Source of the DNA: Gemmatimonadota bacterium | GTDB taxonomy: Bacteria; Gemmatimonadota; Gemmatimonadetes; Longimicrobiales; Gaopeijiaceae | Direction of reading: 5' to 3' | DNA length: 64,000 nucleotides | Assembly (NCBI GenBank): GCA_028873815.1 | Contig: JAPPNN010000004.1 | Span: 80,829-144,828 of the forward strand | Shown: in pieces, positions 35,989-45,093 of the stretch | How positions within the stretch are numbered: position 1 is the first letter of the stretch | How the letters are laid out: each line of letters begins with the position of its first letter | Position numbers and translations under genes: made by a program | Notes under the pieces: generated by a model | Told to the model about the DNA's origin: nothing | Database searches by the model: none | Seen by the model: only the letters and a program-made list of their open reading frames with translations

Positions 35989-38931
35989 ATGAGATTGTTG
36001 ACGACAGTGCACCGATGGCTTCGGGCGCATCGGGCAACCACCCTGTTCACGCTCATCGCCGGACTTGCCGTGATCCTGCCGTCGGCCGTCTCGGCGCAGA
36101 CCGGCAGGGTCACCGGCAGCGTGCTCGCCGCGTCGAACAACTCCCCGATCAGCGTCGCGCAGATCCGCATCGGAGACACGGGACTGGGGGGCGTCACAGG
36201 TGAGAATGGCCGCTTTCTCGTCCTGAGCGTCCCCGTGGGCACCCACGAGGTCTTCGTCGAGAGGATCGGCTACCGGACCCAGAGCCAGACCGTGGAGGTA
36301 GCTGCGGGCGAGGCGGTGTCGCTTGAGTTCCGCCTGAGCGAGACGGCGCTGGAGCTGGACGAACTGGTGGTGACGGGGACGCCGGGGGCCTCTTCCCGGC
36401 GCGAGCTTGGGAACAGCGTCGGCAGTGTGCGGGCGGCCGCGCTCGAGAATACGCCGTCGCAAACACTGACCGAGATCCTCAACGGTCAGACGACGGGACT
36501 CCAGCAGTGGCGGAACGAGGGGCAGGTCGGGGGTGGCTCGAAAATCGTGCTGCGGGGCATCAACAGCATCAGCCAGGACGTGCAGCCGCTGATCTATGTC
36601 GACGGCGTGCGCATGAACAACAACCAGGGCATCTACGCCAACCGCTCCAGCATCAACCCCGGTCCGGCGGGTGCGCAGACCTCGCCCAATCCCCTCGACC
36701 TGATCGATCCGTCGGACATCGAGCGCGTCGAGGTCGTGCGGGGTTCGGCTGCCACGACGCTCTACGGCACCGAAGCGGCCGGCGGCGTGATCCAGATCTT
36801 CACCAAACAGGGACGCTCCGGACAGCAGGCCACCTGGACCATGGAGATGACGGGCGGCACGCGCTTCATGACGGGGAACAGCATGGGACCGATCCTTGGC
36901 AAGACCGACGACTGGGGATTCACCAAGCCTTGGTACAGCAACGGTCCGCTCGGCGAGGCCAAGCTCTCGGTTTCGGGTGGAACGAGCGCTCTCCGGTACT
37001 TCGTGTCGGCCGGCATGAACTACGAGGATGGGGTCATCGACAACAACGACGACCAGCTGTACAGCGTGCGCGGCAATTTCGGAATGCAGCCGGTGCCCTC
37101 GGTCAACATCAGCCTCAACACGTCCTACACCCACCGAACGACCAACTACATGGAAATGGGTGACAACGCCTCGGGCTTCATGCTGAACGTGCTCCGGGGC
37201 ACCCAGGACTACACCAACGCGGCGGTTGACCGGGACAACTACCAGGGCGATCCCGACCAGATTCTGTTCGATATCACGAACAGTGGCCGTGTCGAACACT
37301 TTGTCGGCGGCCTGACCACGACACACAGGGCCGACGGGCTCGGCCTGACCACGCGGCTCACCGTCGGTCTGGACTACACGACGGCCTTCAACCAGCAGAA
37401 CTTCCCGTTCGACCACGTGCTTCGGCCGCGCGGCCGCCGCAACCTGAACGAATGGGAGCACCGCACGATCACCTTCGACCTGGGCACGACCTGGGAACGG
37501 GAAATCGGCAACATGTCGTCCAGCTTCTCGGCCGGGGGACAGATCTTCAGCGACTGGGACCACACGGTCTACGGGTTCTCCGAGGACTTCGGCGGCCCCG
37601 GCGAGAAGACGCTCACATCCGGGGCGACGACCACATCCAGCGAGGATCTGCTCAAGGTGGTCAACGCCGGCTTCTTTGCGCAGGAGGTCCTGGGCATCGG
37701 GGACAATCTGTTCCTGACCGGTGGCCTTCGCGTGGACGGCAACAGCGCGTTCGGCGAGGACCTCGGCCTCCAGATGTATCCCAAGTTCAGCACGTCGTAT
37801 GTGATTTCGGATACCGATTTCTGGCCCAGCGACTTCTGGCCGGTGATGAAGCTCCGCGCCGCCTGGGGCCAGTCCGGCAAGGCGCCCGGGGCCTTCGACG
37901 CGGTGCGGACCTGGACTCCGGTGGCCGGGTATGAAGGCCAGGCCGGAGTCACGCCGTCCAACCTCGGCAACCCCGACCTCGGCCCCGAGCGCTCCACCGA
38001 GCTGGAGCTGGGTTTCGAGGGCAGCCTGTTCGACGACCGCGTCGGGCTTGACGTCAGCTGGTACAACAGCGTAACCAGCGACGCGCTGATGCCGGTGACC
38101 GCGGCTCCGTCGGACGGCTTCCTCACTTCGCAGCTGAGGAATGTCGGGAAGTTCAAGAACACGGGCATCGAAGTGGAGCTCAGGGGAGTGCCGGTAGCAC
38201 TCGACAACATGCGCTGGGAGGTGACCGGCCGGGTCTCCACGATCAACAGCGAGGTCCTGGAACTCGGCGAGGCACCGGAGTTCTTCCTCGGCTGGGGCTC
38301 GATCCTCGGCCAGTGGGTGCGCGTGGGCTATCCGATCGTTTCGCTGTGGGGTGAATCGGTGTCGAACCCGGACGCGATCGCGGATCCGGTCATCGAAGAC
38401 GATCACTATTACGGTCCGATCTACCCGACCCACATTCTCAGCGGCACGACGTCGATCAACCTCTTCCAGCGCCTCACGATCTACGCGCTGGGCGAGTTCC
38501 ACGGCGGACAGTACCAGTTCAACATCATGCCGTGGCAGCAGGTGCGGCGCGGCCTGTGGCCCGAGTGCAACGATCTGGGCCTGAACAACGCCGACGATGC
38601 CGCGGCGTGGTCGTCGGCACCGGCCATCTGGCGTGCCCGCTGTCAGTTGCCGACACCCAACTTCGACTTCTGGATGCGGCCCTCGGACTTCTTCAAGCTC
38701 CGCACGGTGTCGGCTTCCCTGTTGATTCCCGACGACATCATTCCGGGAGCCACGGGCACCACGCTGACGGCCACCTTGCAGAACTCCTACAAGTGGTCGA
38801 AGGGCGCGGGCATCGACCCCGAGCTGACGGTCGGCTACTACGGCGGCGTCGGCACGTTCCCGGCCCGGTACGAGTACTACCAGCTCCCGGCGCCGGTCAT
38901 GTTCTCCATCAGCCTCCGGGCCAACTTCTAG
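35989..38931 (+). CDS. SusC/RagA-type TonB-linked outer-membrane receptor (intact)
   Basis: AAGGAGG RBS. Signal ...SAVSAQ. CarboxypepD_reg-like TGRVTGSVLAASNNSPISVAQIRI. Plug IERVEVVRGSAATTLYGTEAAGGVIQIFTKQG. C-terminus FSISLRANF. Confidence 0.9.
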   Translation: MRLLTTVHRWLRAHRATTLFTLIAGLAVILPSAVSAQTGRVTGSVLAASNNSPISVAQIRIGDTGLGGVTGENGRFLVLSVPVGTHEVFVERIGYRTQSQTVEVAAGEAVSLEFRLSETALELDELVVTGTPGASSRRELGNSVGSVRAAALENTPSQTLTEILNGQTTGLQQWRNEGQVGGGSKIVLRGINSISQDVQPLIYVDGVRMNNNQGIYANRSSINPGPAGAQTSPNPLDLIDPSDIERVEVVRGSAATTLYGTEAAGGVIQIFTKQGRSGQQATWTMEMTGGTRFMTGNSMGPILGKTDDWGFTKPWYSNGPLGEAKLSVSGGTSALRYFVSAGMNYEDGVIDNNDDQLYSVRGNFGMQPVPSVNISLNTSYTHRTTNYMEMGDNASGFMLNVLRGTQDYTNAAVDRDNYQGDPDQILFDITNSGRVEHFVGGLTTTHRADGLGLTTRLTVGLDYTTAFNQQNFPFDHVLRPRGRRNLNEWEHRTITFDLGTTWEREIGNMSSSFSAGGQIFSDWDHTVYGFSEDFGGPGEKTLTSGATTTSSEDLLKVVNAGFFAQEVLGIGDNLFLTGGLRVDGNSAFGEDLGLQMYPKFSTSYVISDTDFWPSDFWPVMKLRAAWGQSGKAPGAFDAVRTWTPVAGYEGQAGVTPSNLGNPDLGPERSTELELGFEGSLFDDRVGLDVSWYNSVTSDALMPVTAAPSDGFLTSQLRNVGKFKNTGIEVELRGVPVALDNMRWEVTGRVSTINSEVLELGEAPEFFLGWGSILGQWVRVGYPIVSLWGESVSNPDAIADPVIEDDHYYGPIYPTHILSGTTSINLFQRLTIYALGEFHGGQYQFNIMPWQQVRRGLWPECNDLGLNNADDAAAWSSAPAIWRARCQLPTPNFDFWMRPSDFFKLRTVSASLLIPDDIIPGATGTTLTATLQNSYKWSKGAGIDPELTVGYYGGVGTFPARYEYYQLPAPVMFSISLRANF

Positions 38932-38958
38932 GGCCGTCGGGAAGAAAGGAGAGATACG

Positions 38959-40227
38959 ATGAACAGGCATATCAAGGGTTGGCGGGGGATCCTGGGGGCG
39001 GCCGCTTTCGGCGTGTTGCTGTCCGGATGCGACCTGTTCGAGGTCGTGAATCCCGGTCCGATCATCGATTCGGCGTTGGACGAAGAAGCTGCAGGCAAGA
39101 CGGTGCTGATCGGCGTGGCGGCGGACGTGGAAGTTGCGGTGGACGCCATGGCGTGGCTGGGAGGACCGGCCTCGACCGACCTGGACGCGGACGCGACGCA
39201 GCCCTGGCTGCAGGACGCGGGTGAAGGCCGGCTGACCGTGACCAACGCGGAATCCAGCTGGAACCCCATGCAATTGGCGCGCTGGGGTGCCGGGGCGGGA
39301 ATCGCCCGGCTCACCGAGACCCAGTCAGACGCGGCCACCAACCAGTGGCTGACGGCAGCCTACATGTGGGCGGGGTGGGCGAACCGTATTCTCGGCGACA
39401 ACGTGTGCATCGCGGTCTTCGGCGGCGAGGACACGGACGGGGACGGCAACGCCGATCCGGGTCGCGTCGAGGCCTCGGACATGCACTACACGCGTGCCCT
39501 CGAACGCTTCGAGACCGCGCGCAGCCGGGCGCAGGGCAGCGGTCACGACTCGATCGCGGTGGCTTCGACGGCGGGGATGGCGCAAGCCAACCTGATACTG
39601 GGCAACTATTCGGCTGCGGCGTCACTTGCAGCGCAGATCCCCGACGATTTCCGGTGGGTGGCCTACCGCTCCGACAACAGCGGACGCGAGTGGAACTCCG
39701 TCTGGCAGTTCACGCACGAGAATCAGAAGCAGATCACCGTGTGGAGCATGTACAACGACAGCATTGGTCCGGACACCGATCCGCGCGTGCCCTGGAGGGA
39801 CATGAACCAGACCTCGGGCGGTGGCGTGAAGCCCTTCTATCGCCAGCTGAAATACACCGACCGCGCGGACGACTATCCGCTCGCCAAGGGCCACGAGATG
39901 CGGCTGATCGAGGCGGAGGCCATGCTGCGCATGGGTGACCGGCAGGGCGCGATCGACAAGATCAACTATGTGCGCGAGAGGGTCGGGGTCCCACCGGTCA
40001 TGGCGTCAACGGACTCGGAAGCGTGGCTGGCGCTGGATCGAGAACGGAACTTCGAACTCTGGCTCGAAGCCCGCCGGCTGAAGGACAACGCGCGGTTTGC
40101 GGCCGAGAACCTGAGCCCGTGGGCGGTCGCGTTCATGCAGGGACGGCACAGTTGCTTCCCGCCGAGCCTGGCGGAGTGCAGCGCCAACCCCAACGTGACG
40201 GGGAACTCCTTCTGTAGTCAGGGCTGA
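38959..40227 (+). CDS. RagB/SusD family lipoprotein
   Basis: Lipobox LLSGC. 27 nt downstream of SusC-2. C-terminal RLIEAEAMLR...ERNFELWLEARRLKDNARF matches the SusD-like pattern. Confidence 0.8.
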   Translation: MNRHIKGWRGILGAAAFGVLLSGCDLFEVVNPGPIIDSALDEEAAGKTVLIGVAADVEVAVDAMAWLGGPASTDLDADATQPWLQDAGEGRLTVTNAESSWNPMQLARWGAGAGIARLTETQSDAATNQWLTAAYMWAGWANRILGDNVCIAVFGGEDTDGDGNADPGRVEASDMHYTRALERFETARSRAQGSGHDSIAVASTAGMAQANLILGNYSAAASLAAQIPDDFRWVAYRSDNSGREWNSVWQFTHENQKQITVWSMYNDSIGPDTDPRVPWRDMNQTSGGGVKPFYRQLKYTDRADDYPLAKGHEMRLIEAEAMLRMGDRQGAIDKINYVRERVGVPPVMASTDSEAWLALDRERNFELWLEARRLKDNARFAAENLSPWAVAFMQGRHSCFPPSLAECSANPNVTGNSFCSQG

Positions 40228-40240
40228 GGTACGGGCCGAA

Positions 40241-40259
40241 CGGCGGCAATCGGCCGCCG
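40241..40259 (+). terminator. candidate stem-loop between convergent genes
   Basis: CGGCGGC-aatcg-GCCGCCG, a 7-bp stem, 14 nt after the SusD-2 stop. Confidence 0.3.
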
Positions 40260-40346
40260 GGGTCGCGGGCGAAAGGCTTGCGGCTCCGGTGGCCGGTTTG
40301 CGTCGGGGGGCTGGTCCGGCGTCCGGCTCCGTGCCCGGGTGGCGCG

Positions 40347-40778
40347 TCAGCGCGCCTCGTCCGCGTCCAGGAAGCGGGCGGCGTGTTCCGGGGCCGGGAG
40401 CGCGCAACGGTCCCGCCGTCCGAACCAGCGGTAGCGGTTCCGCGCAACGAAGCGGTAGACCGGGTCGCGGATCGCGGCGGGGACCGCCGCGCCCAGCACG
40501 CCAGGCAGTGAGTGGGGGAAGCTGAGGCGGCGGGCGATCCGGAGCGCCGCCGCCGCGCCGGTGTGAACGCCTTCGCGATCGACCAGGACGATCGCGTCGG
40601 GCAGGGACTCGGCACCGCCCTCCACGCCGGCGGCTTCGAGAATGCGTTTGGACGCGGCGGATTGAAGCGACGCGAAGTCGAAACGCGCGCGTGTATCGCG
40701 CCGGAGCACCCACCGGACCGAGGCGTTGCAGAGGTTGCACACGCCGTCGAAGAGTATGACGGGTCGGGAGACGTTCAT
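40347..40778 (-). CDS. DCC-family thiol-disulfide oxidoreductase (DUF393)
   Basis: ILFDGVCNLCNASVRWVLRRD...F.SLQS is the DCC1-like signature. Confidence 0.85.
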   Translation of the reverse strand: MNVSRPVILFDGVCNLCNASVRWVLRRDTRARFDFASLQSAASKRILEAAGVEGGAESLPDAIVLVDREGVHTGAAAALRIARRLSFPHSLPGVLGAAVPAAIRDPVYRFVARNRYRWFGRRDRCALPAPEHAARFLDADEAR

Positions 40779-40866
40779 GGCCCCAACTTGACGCTGCCGC
40801 AGGGTTCAGTCCAACTATTGCTGCTGGCTTCATGACAGCGATTTCAATCGATTCAGGAGGGGGCGA

Positions 40867-41919
40867 ATGAGCGTAAGGCTGATGGTGGGGACGGGGAAGG
40901 GCGGATTCTGGGTCACCAGCGACGATCGCCGCGCGTGGAAGGTGGCCGGGCCGTTCTTCAAGGGATGGAAGGTGACGGCCGGTCTGCGCCTTTCCGATGG
41001 CCGTTTCATGGCTGCGGTTGCGAGCGACATCTACGGGCCCGCGGTCCATGTGTCGGCGGACGGCGAGAAATGGGAGCAGCTGTCGAGTGGCCCGGCCTAC
41101 GCGGGCGGGGGTGAGCGACGCCTGCGCGAGATATGGACGCTGCGCGAGAACCGGGGCGTGATCTACGCGGGTGTGCAGGATGCGGGCCTTTTCACCAGTT
41201 CCGATGGCGGCGCGTCGTGGGAGCCGGTCAGCGCCCTGAACGAGCACGCTTCACGGGAGGCCTGGATGCCGGGCGCCGGGGGCCTCTGTTGCCACGCCCT
41301 GCTCTTCGACGACACGAATCCGGAGCGCATGTGGTGCGGCATTTCCGCGGTCGGCGTGTTCCGCACGGACGATGGCGGTGCGACTTGGACGCCGAGGAAC
41401 CAGGGCGTGCCGGCGGCGCTCGAAGACAAGCGCCACAAGGGGATCGGCACCTGCGTGCACGGACTCGCGCAGGATCCCGACGAGCCCGACCGGATCTTCC
41501 GGCAGGACCACCTCGGGATGTTCCGCAGCGGCGACGGGGCGGAGAGCTGGGAGCGCAACGAAGAAGGCCTGGAGGTGGTGTTCGGGTTCCCGATCGTGAT
41601 CGACCGCGCCAGCAAGTACCTGTTCGCGGTACCCCTCGAGGCGGACCAGTACCGCGTGCCTCTCGGGGGAGCGCTCCAGGTCTACCGCAGCACCGACGCC
41701 GGCGACAGCTGGCACTCGGCATCGGCGGGGCTGCCCGCGGCCGACGCATACGGTACCGTCCTGCGCGGAGCAATGGCGGTGGACAACCTGGACCCGGGCG
41801 GCGTGTACTTCGGCACGACGTCCGGAACGCTGCACGCGACCGCCGATCTGGGAGAGAGCTGGACCAACATTCCGGCCATCCTGCCGCGTATTCTGCACGT
41901 CTCGGCGTGGGTCGGCTGA
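40867..41919 (+). CDS. BNR/Asp-box repeat beta-propeller protein (sialidase-fold-like, no signal peptide)
   Basis: Five clear Asp-boxes (SSDGGASWE, TDDGGATWT, SGDGAESWE, STDAGDSWH, TADLGESWT) plus SADGEKWE. AGGAGGG RBS. Confidence 0.75.
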   Translation: MSVRLMVGTGKGGFWVTSDDRRAWKVAGPFFKGWKVTAGLRLSDGRFMAAVASDIYGPAVHVSADGEKWEQLSSGPAYAGGGERRLREIWTLRENRGVIYAGVQDAGLFTSSDGGASWEPVSALNEHASREAWMPGAGGLCCHALLFDDTNPERMWCGISAVGVFRTDDGGATWTPRNQGVPAALEDKRHKGIGTCVHGLAQDPDEPDRIFRQDHLGMFRSGDGAESWERNEEGLEVVFGFPIVIDRASKYLFAVPLEADQYRVPLGGALQVYRSTDAGDSWHSASAGLPAADAYGTVLRGAMAVDNLDPGGVYFGTTSGTLHATADLGESWTNIPAILPRILHVSAWVG

Positions 41920-42197
41920 TGGGCGCGGTGACGGTCACCCTTCCCTCGCTGCTCGATCCGGCCACCGGGGGCGTGCGCGAGATGGCGGCTTCGGGCGAGA
42001 CCCTGCGCGAGGTCTTCGCCGACCTTCTCGCCCGCGAGCCGCGGCTGAAGCCCCACCTCTTCAACGAAGACGGAGAGCTGCGGCGCCACGTCCTCTGCTT
42101 CCACAACGGGACCAACACGCGCTGGCTGGACGGGTGGGACGAGGCGGTCGCGGAAGGGGACACGGTGCTCTTCATGCAGGCAGTGTCGGGTGGGTAG
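41919..42197 (+). CDS. MoaD/ThiS-family ubiquitin-fold protein ending in Gly-Gly
   Basis: 92 aa. ...VLCFHNGTNTR...AVAEGDTVLFMQAVSGG-stop is a typical beta-grasp sulfur-carrier C-terminus. The ATG overlaps the upstream TGA (TGATG). Confidence 0.7.
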   Translation: MGAVTVTLPSLLDPATGGVREMAASGETLREVFADLLAREPRLKPHLFNEDGELRRHVLCFHNGTNTRWLDGWDEAVAEGDTVLFMQAVSGG

Positions 42198-42206
42198 GGC
42201 CGACTG

Positions 42207-43298
42207 ATGCCCTCCTGGTTCCGCCGCTACCTGCTTCCGGGGCTGGTCTTCCAGTCGATCATCATCGCGGGGGGTTACGGCACGGGCCGCGAGCTGGTCG
42301 AGTTCTTCCTGGAGTACGGTCCGACCGGCGGCCTGCTGGGCATGCTGCCCTCCACCCTGCTGGTCAGCGTGACCTGCATGGTCGGGTTCGAGTTCGCGCG
42401 CGCCTATGGAAGCTACGACTACCGCTCGTACTTCAAGCACCTGCTTGGGCGCGGCTGGTTCCTCTACGAGATCGGCTATCTCACCGCGGTCCTGCTGATC
42501 CTGGCCGTGATCGGGTCGGCCGGGGGCACGTTCCTGGCCGAGACTTTCGGGATTCCGGGATGGGTGGGGGCGGTCGGGCTGCTGCTTGCGGTCGGCGTGC
42601 TGGTGTTCCGGGGCACGGGCACGATCGAACGGTTCTTCGCGGGGTGGTCGTTCCTGCTGTACGGCGCGTACATCGTGCTGTTCGCGTGGAGCATCGCGCG
42701 CTTCGGCGACCAGATCGCCGCCGGGCTCGGGGCGGGGGAAGTCGGCCCCGGCTGGTTTTCGTCCGGCGCACGGTACGGGGCGCTGCAGATCTCGCTGGTT
42801 CCGGCCATGCTCTTCGCGACGCGCCACATCCGCCGCCGCAAAGAGGCGCTGTGGGCCGGGGCGCTGGCGGGGCCGATCGCGATCATCCCGGGGCTGCTCT
42901 TCTTCTTCGCGCTCGCGGGGCAGTATCCGGTCGTGCTGGATCGTCCCGTGCCGACGAACCACCTGCTCGAAGTGCTGGGGTCCAGAGCGTTCCAGATCAC
43001 CTTCCAGGTCGTACTCTTCGGCACGCTCATCGAGACGGGGGCCGGGCTGATCCACGCCTTCAACGAGCGGGTGGACGGCGTGTACCGCGGCCGCGGCCGC
43101 ACGATGCCGGGCGGGCTGCGGCTGCTCACCGGCGCCGGATTGCTGCTCGCCGGCTATCTGCTTTCGCGCGTGGGCCTCGTGGGACTGGTCGGCACGGGCT
43201 ACAATGCCATGAGCATCGTCTTCATGGCGATCGTGGTCGTTCCGCTGCTCACAGTGGGCATTTACAAGCTGCGTGGCCGCGGAGGAGCCGCCCCGTAA
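42207..43298 (+). CDS. polytopic membrane protein (YkvI-like / transporter-like)
   Basis: 363 aa with about 10-11 TM segments. The N-terminus LVFQSIIIAGGYGTGRELVEFF resembles YkvI-family membrane proteins. 9-nt gap after the MoaD-like gene. Confidence 0.6.
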   Translation: MPSWFRRYLLPGLVFQSIIIAGGYGTGRELVEFFLEYGPTGGLLGMLPSTLLVSVTCMVGFEFARAYGSYDYRSYFKHLLGRGWFLYEIGYLTAVLLILAVIGSAGGTFLAETFGIPGWVGAVGLLLAVGVLVFRGTGTIERFFAGWSFLLYGAYIVLFAWSIARFGDQIAAGLGAGEVGPGWFSSGARYGALQISLVPAMLFATRHIRRRKEALWAGALAGPIAIIPGLLFFFALAGQYPVVLDRPVPTNHLLEVLGSRAFQITFQVVLFGTLIETGAGLIHAFNERVDGVYRGRGRTMPGGLRLLTGAGLLLAGYLLSRVGLVGLVGTGYNAMSIVFMAIVVVPLLTVGIYKLRGRGGAAP

Positions 43299-43318
43299 CG
43301 CTCGGTGGCCGAGCAGAA

Positions 43319-43342
43319 ATGAGTATATGAGTATATGAGTAA
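43319..43342 (+). repeat. three tandem 8-bp units ATGAGTAT/ATGAGTAT/ATGAGTAA
   Basis: Read directly from the sequence. The first two ATGs open 3-codon ORFs (M-S-I-stop). The third opens the long amidase ORF. Confidence 0.9.
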
Positions 43343-45065
43343 CTCGACCCCCACACGCGGGCTGCCTGGCACGCGGGAGACGGCACGCGGCAACGAAGGT
43401 GCGCCTGCGGAAGCCACGGCCACGGGCGCGATGGAGCGGCGCCGTTTCCTGGCGGCCGCTGCCGCCGCGGCTGCGGCCGGCGGCCTCGATCCGGCAGCGC
43501 TGACCGGCGCGGAAGGCCCCGGCCTCCGGGCCTCCGCGCTTCCGGCCACCGGGTCGGCAGTCCCACAGACCCCGCCCCAGGAGGCGCCGCCGCCCATCCC
43601 TCTCGGCAACGGCGAGCCCCCGGCACTCCAGTTCCAGGCCTACCCGGGCGGTACCGGCGCGCTCATGGAGAAGATGTGGCACGAGACCGGCGGCAATCCG
43701 TTCGAGCGCACCGAAATCGAGATCGAGCGCTGGAGCGGGCCCGTGCCGCACAACGAGGTGGACCTCGCGTTCCTCCCGGTACACCGCCTCGCGGCCCTGA
43801 TCCGGGCGCGGGACATCACCTCTTCGGAGCTGACCGAGGTCTACCTCGACCGTCTCAAGCGGCTCGATCCCGTGCTCCTGTGCGCGGTGACGATCCTGGA
43901 GGGCCGCGCGCAGGAGGAAGCGCGCCAGGCCGACCTGGAAATCGCGGCCGGTGACTGGCGCGGACCGCTGCACGGCATCCCGTACGGGCTCAAGGACCTG
44001 TTCGCCGTCGCGGGAACGCGCACGACGTGGGGCGCCGCCGACTTCAGCCACCAGTTCACCCGGTACGACTCCGAGATCGTGGTGCGGCTGCGGGAGGCAG
44101 GCGCGGTGCTCGCGGCCAAGCTGGCCACGGGCGAGTTCGCGCGCGGCGACCGCTGGTACCGGGGCCGCACCCTGAATCCCTGGAACCTCGACGAGGGGTC
44201 GAGCGGGTCGTCGGCAGGGCCCGGATCGGCCACCGCGGCCGGGTGCGTGGCGTTCGCGATCGGCACCGAGACGCAGGGGTCCATTGTTTCGCCCTCGAGG
44301 CGCTGCGGGTTGACCGCGCTGAGGCCCACCTTCGGCCGCGTGAGCCGTTACGGCGGGATGGTGCTCTCCTGGAGCATGGACAAGACCGGGCCGATGTGCC
44401 GCAGCGCGCTGGATTGCGCCCTCGTCTTCAACGCCATCCAGGGCGCCGACGAGAAGGATCCGGGGTCGCTGACCACGCCCTTCCGCTTCGATCCAGACCC
44501 CGACCTCGCCGCCATGAGGATCGGCTTCGACGGAGACGCGCCCGAGTCCTTCGTCGAGGCGTTGCGGGCGCTGGGCGCCGATCCGCAGCCCATGCCCGAG
44601 ATTCCCGACCGCCGCTCGAACGCGCTGGGTGTCGAGTCATCCGCCGCCTTCGACTTCCACGTCGCACCCGACGGCGAACCGGAGCCGATCCCCGAAGACC
44701 TCGAACAGGACGAACGCCGCCGCCGCGGCAGGTTCCGGGGCGGCCGCGACGTGCCCGCGCTCGACTTCGTGCAGTCGCAGCGGCGCCGTCACATCCTCAT
44801 GAAGGAGATGGCCGAAGTCATGAAGGACTTCGACATGTTCGTGAGCGGTTCAGGCCTGGTCGGCCTCACCAACCAGACCGGCCACCCGGCTGCGGTGGTC
44901 CCCTATGACTTCGGCGTCCGCAACCCGGATTCCGAGAGCCCGACCGAGATGCCGCTGACGACCACCCTGCTTGGCCAACTGTTTGCGGACGACAAGATCC
45001 TGAGCGTCGCGCACGCCTTCCAGAAGGGGACGGACTGGCATTCGAGGAGGCCGGGCATCGAATAG
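43335..45065 (+). CDS. amidase-signature (AS) family amidase with Tat-type signal
   Basis: MERRRFLAAAAAAAAAGG signal. KDLFAVAGTRTTWG and the GSSGSSAG Ser-cluster are typical of AS enzymes. The start could be 43335 or the internal ATG at 43431. Confidence 0.85.
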   Translation: MSNSTPTRGLPGTRETARGNEGAPAEATATGAMERRRFLAAAAAAAAAGGLDPAALTGAEGPGLRASALPATGSAVPQTPPQEAPPPIPLGNGEPPALQFQAYPGGTGALMEKMWHETGGNPFERTEIEIERWSGPVPHNEVDLAFLPVHRLAALIRARDITSSELTEVYLDRLKRLDPVLLCAVTILEGRAQEEARQADLEIAAGDWRGPLHGIPYGLKDLFAVAGTRTTWGAADFSHQFTRYDSEIVVRLREAGAVLAAKLATGEFARGDRWYRGRTLNPWNLDEGSSGSSAGPGSATAAGCVAFAIGTETQGSIVSPSRRCGLTALRPTFGRVSRYGGMVLSWSMDKTGPMCRSALDCALVFNAIQGADEKDPGSLTTPFRFDPDPDLAAMRIGFDGDAPESFVEALRALGADPQPMPEIPDRRSNALGVESSAAFDFHVAPDGEPEPIPEDLEQDERRRRGRFRGGRDVPALDFVQSQRRRHILMKEMAEVMKDFDMFVSGSGLVGLTNQTGHPAAVVPYDFGVRNPDSESPTEMPLTTTLLGQLFADDKILSVAHAFQKGTDWHSRRPGIE

Positions 45066-45093
45066 CCGGGCTTGCCGGACCGGACCTGCCGAC

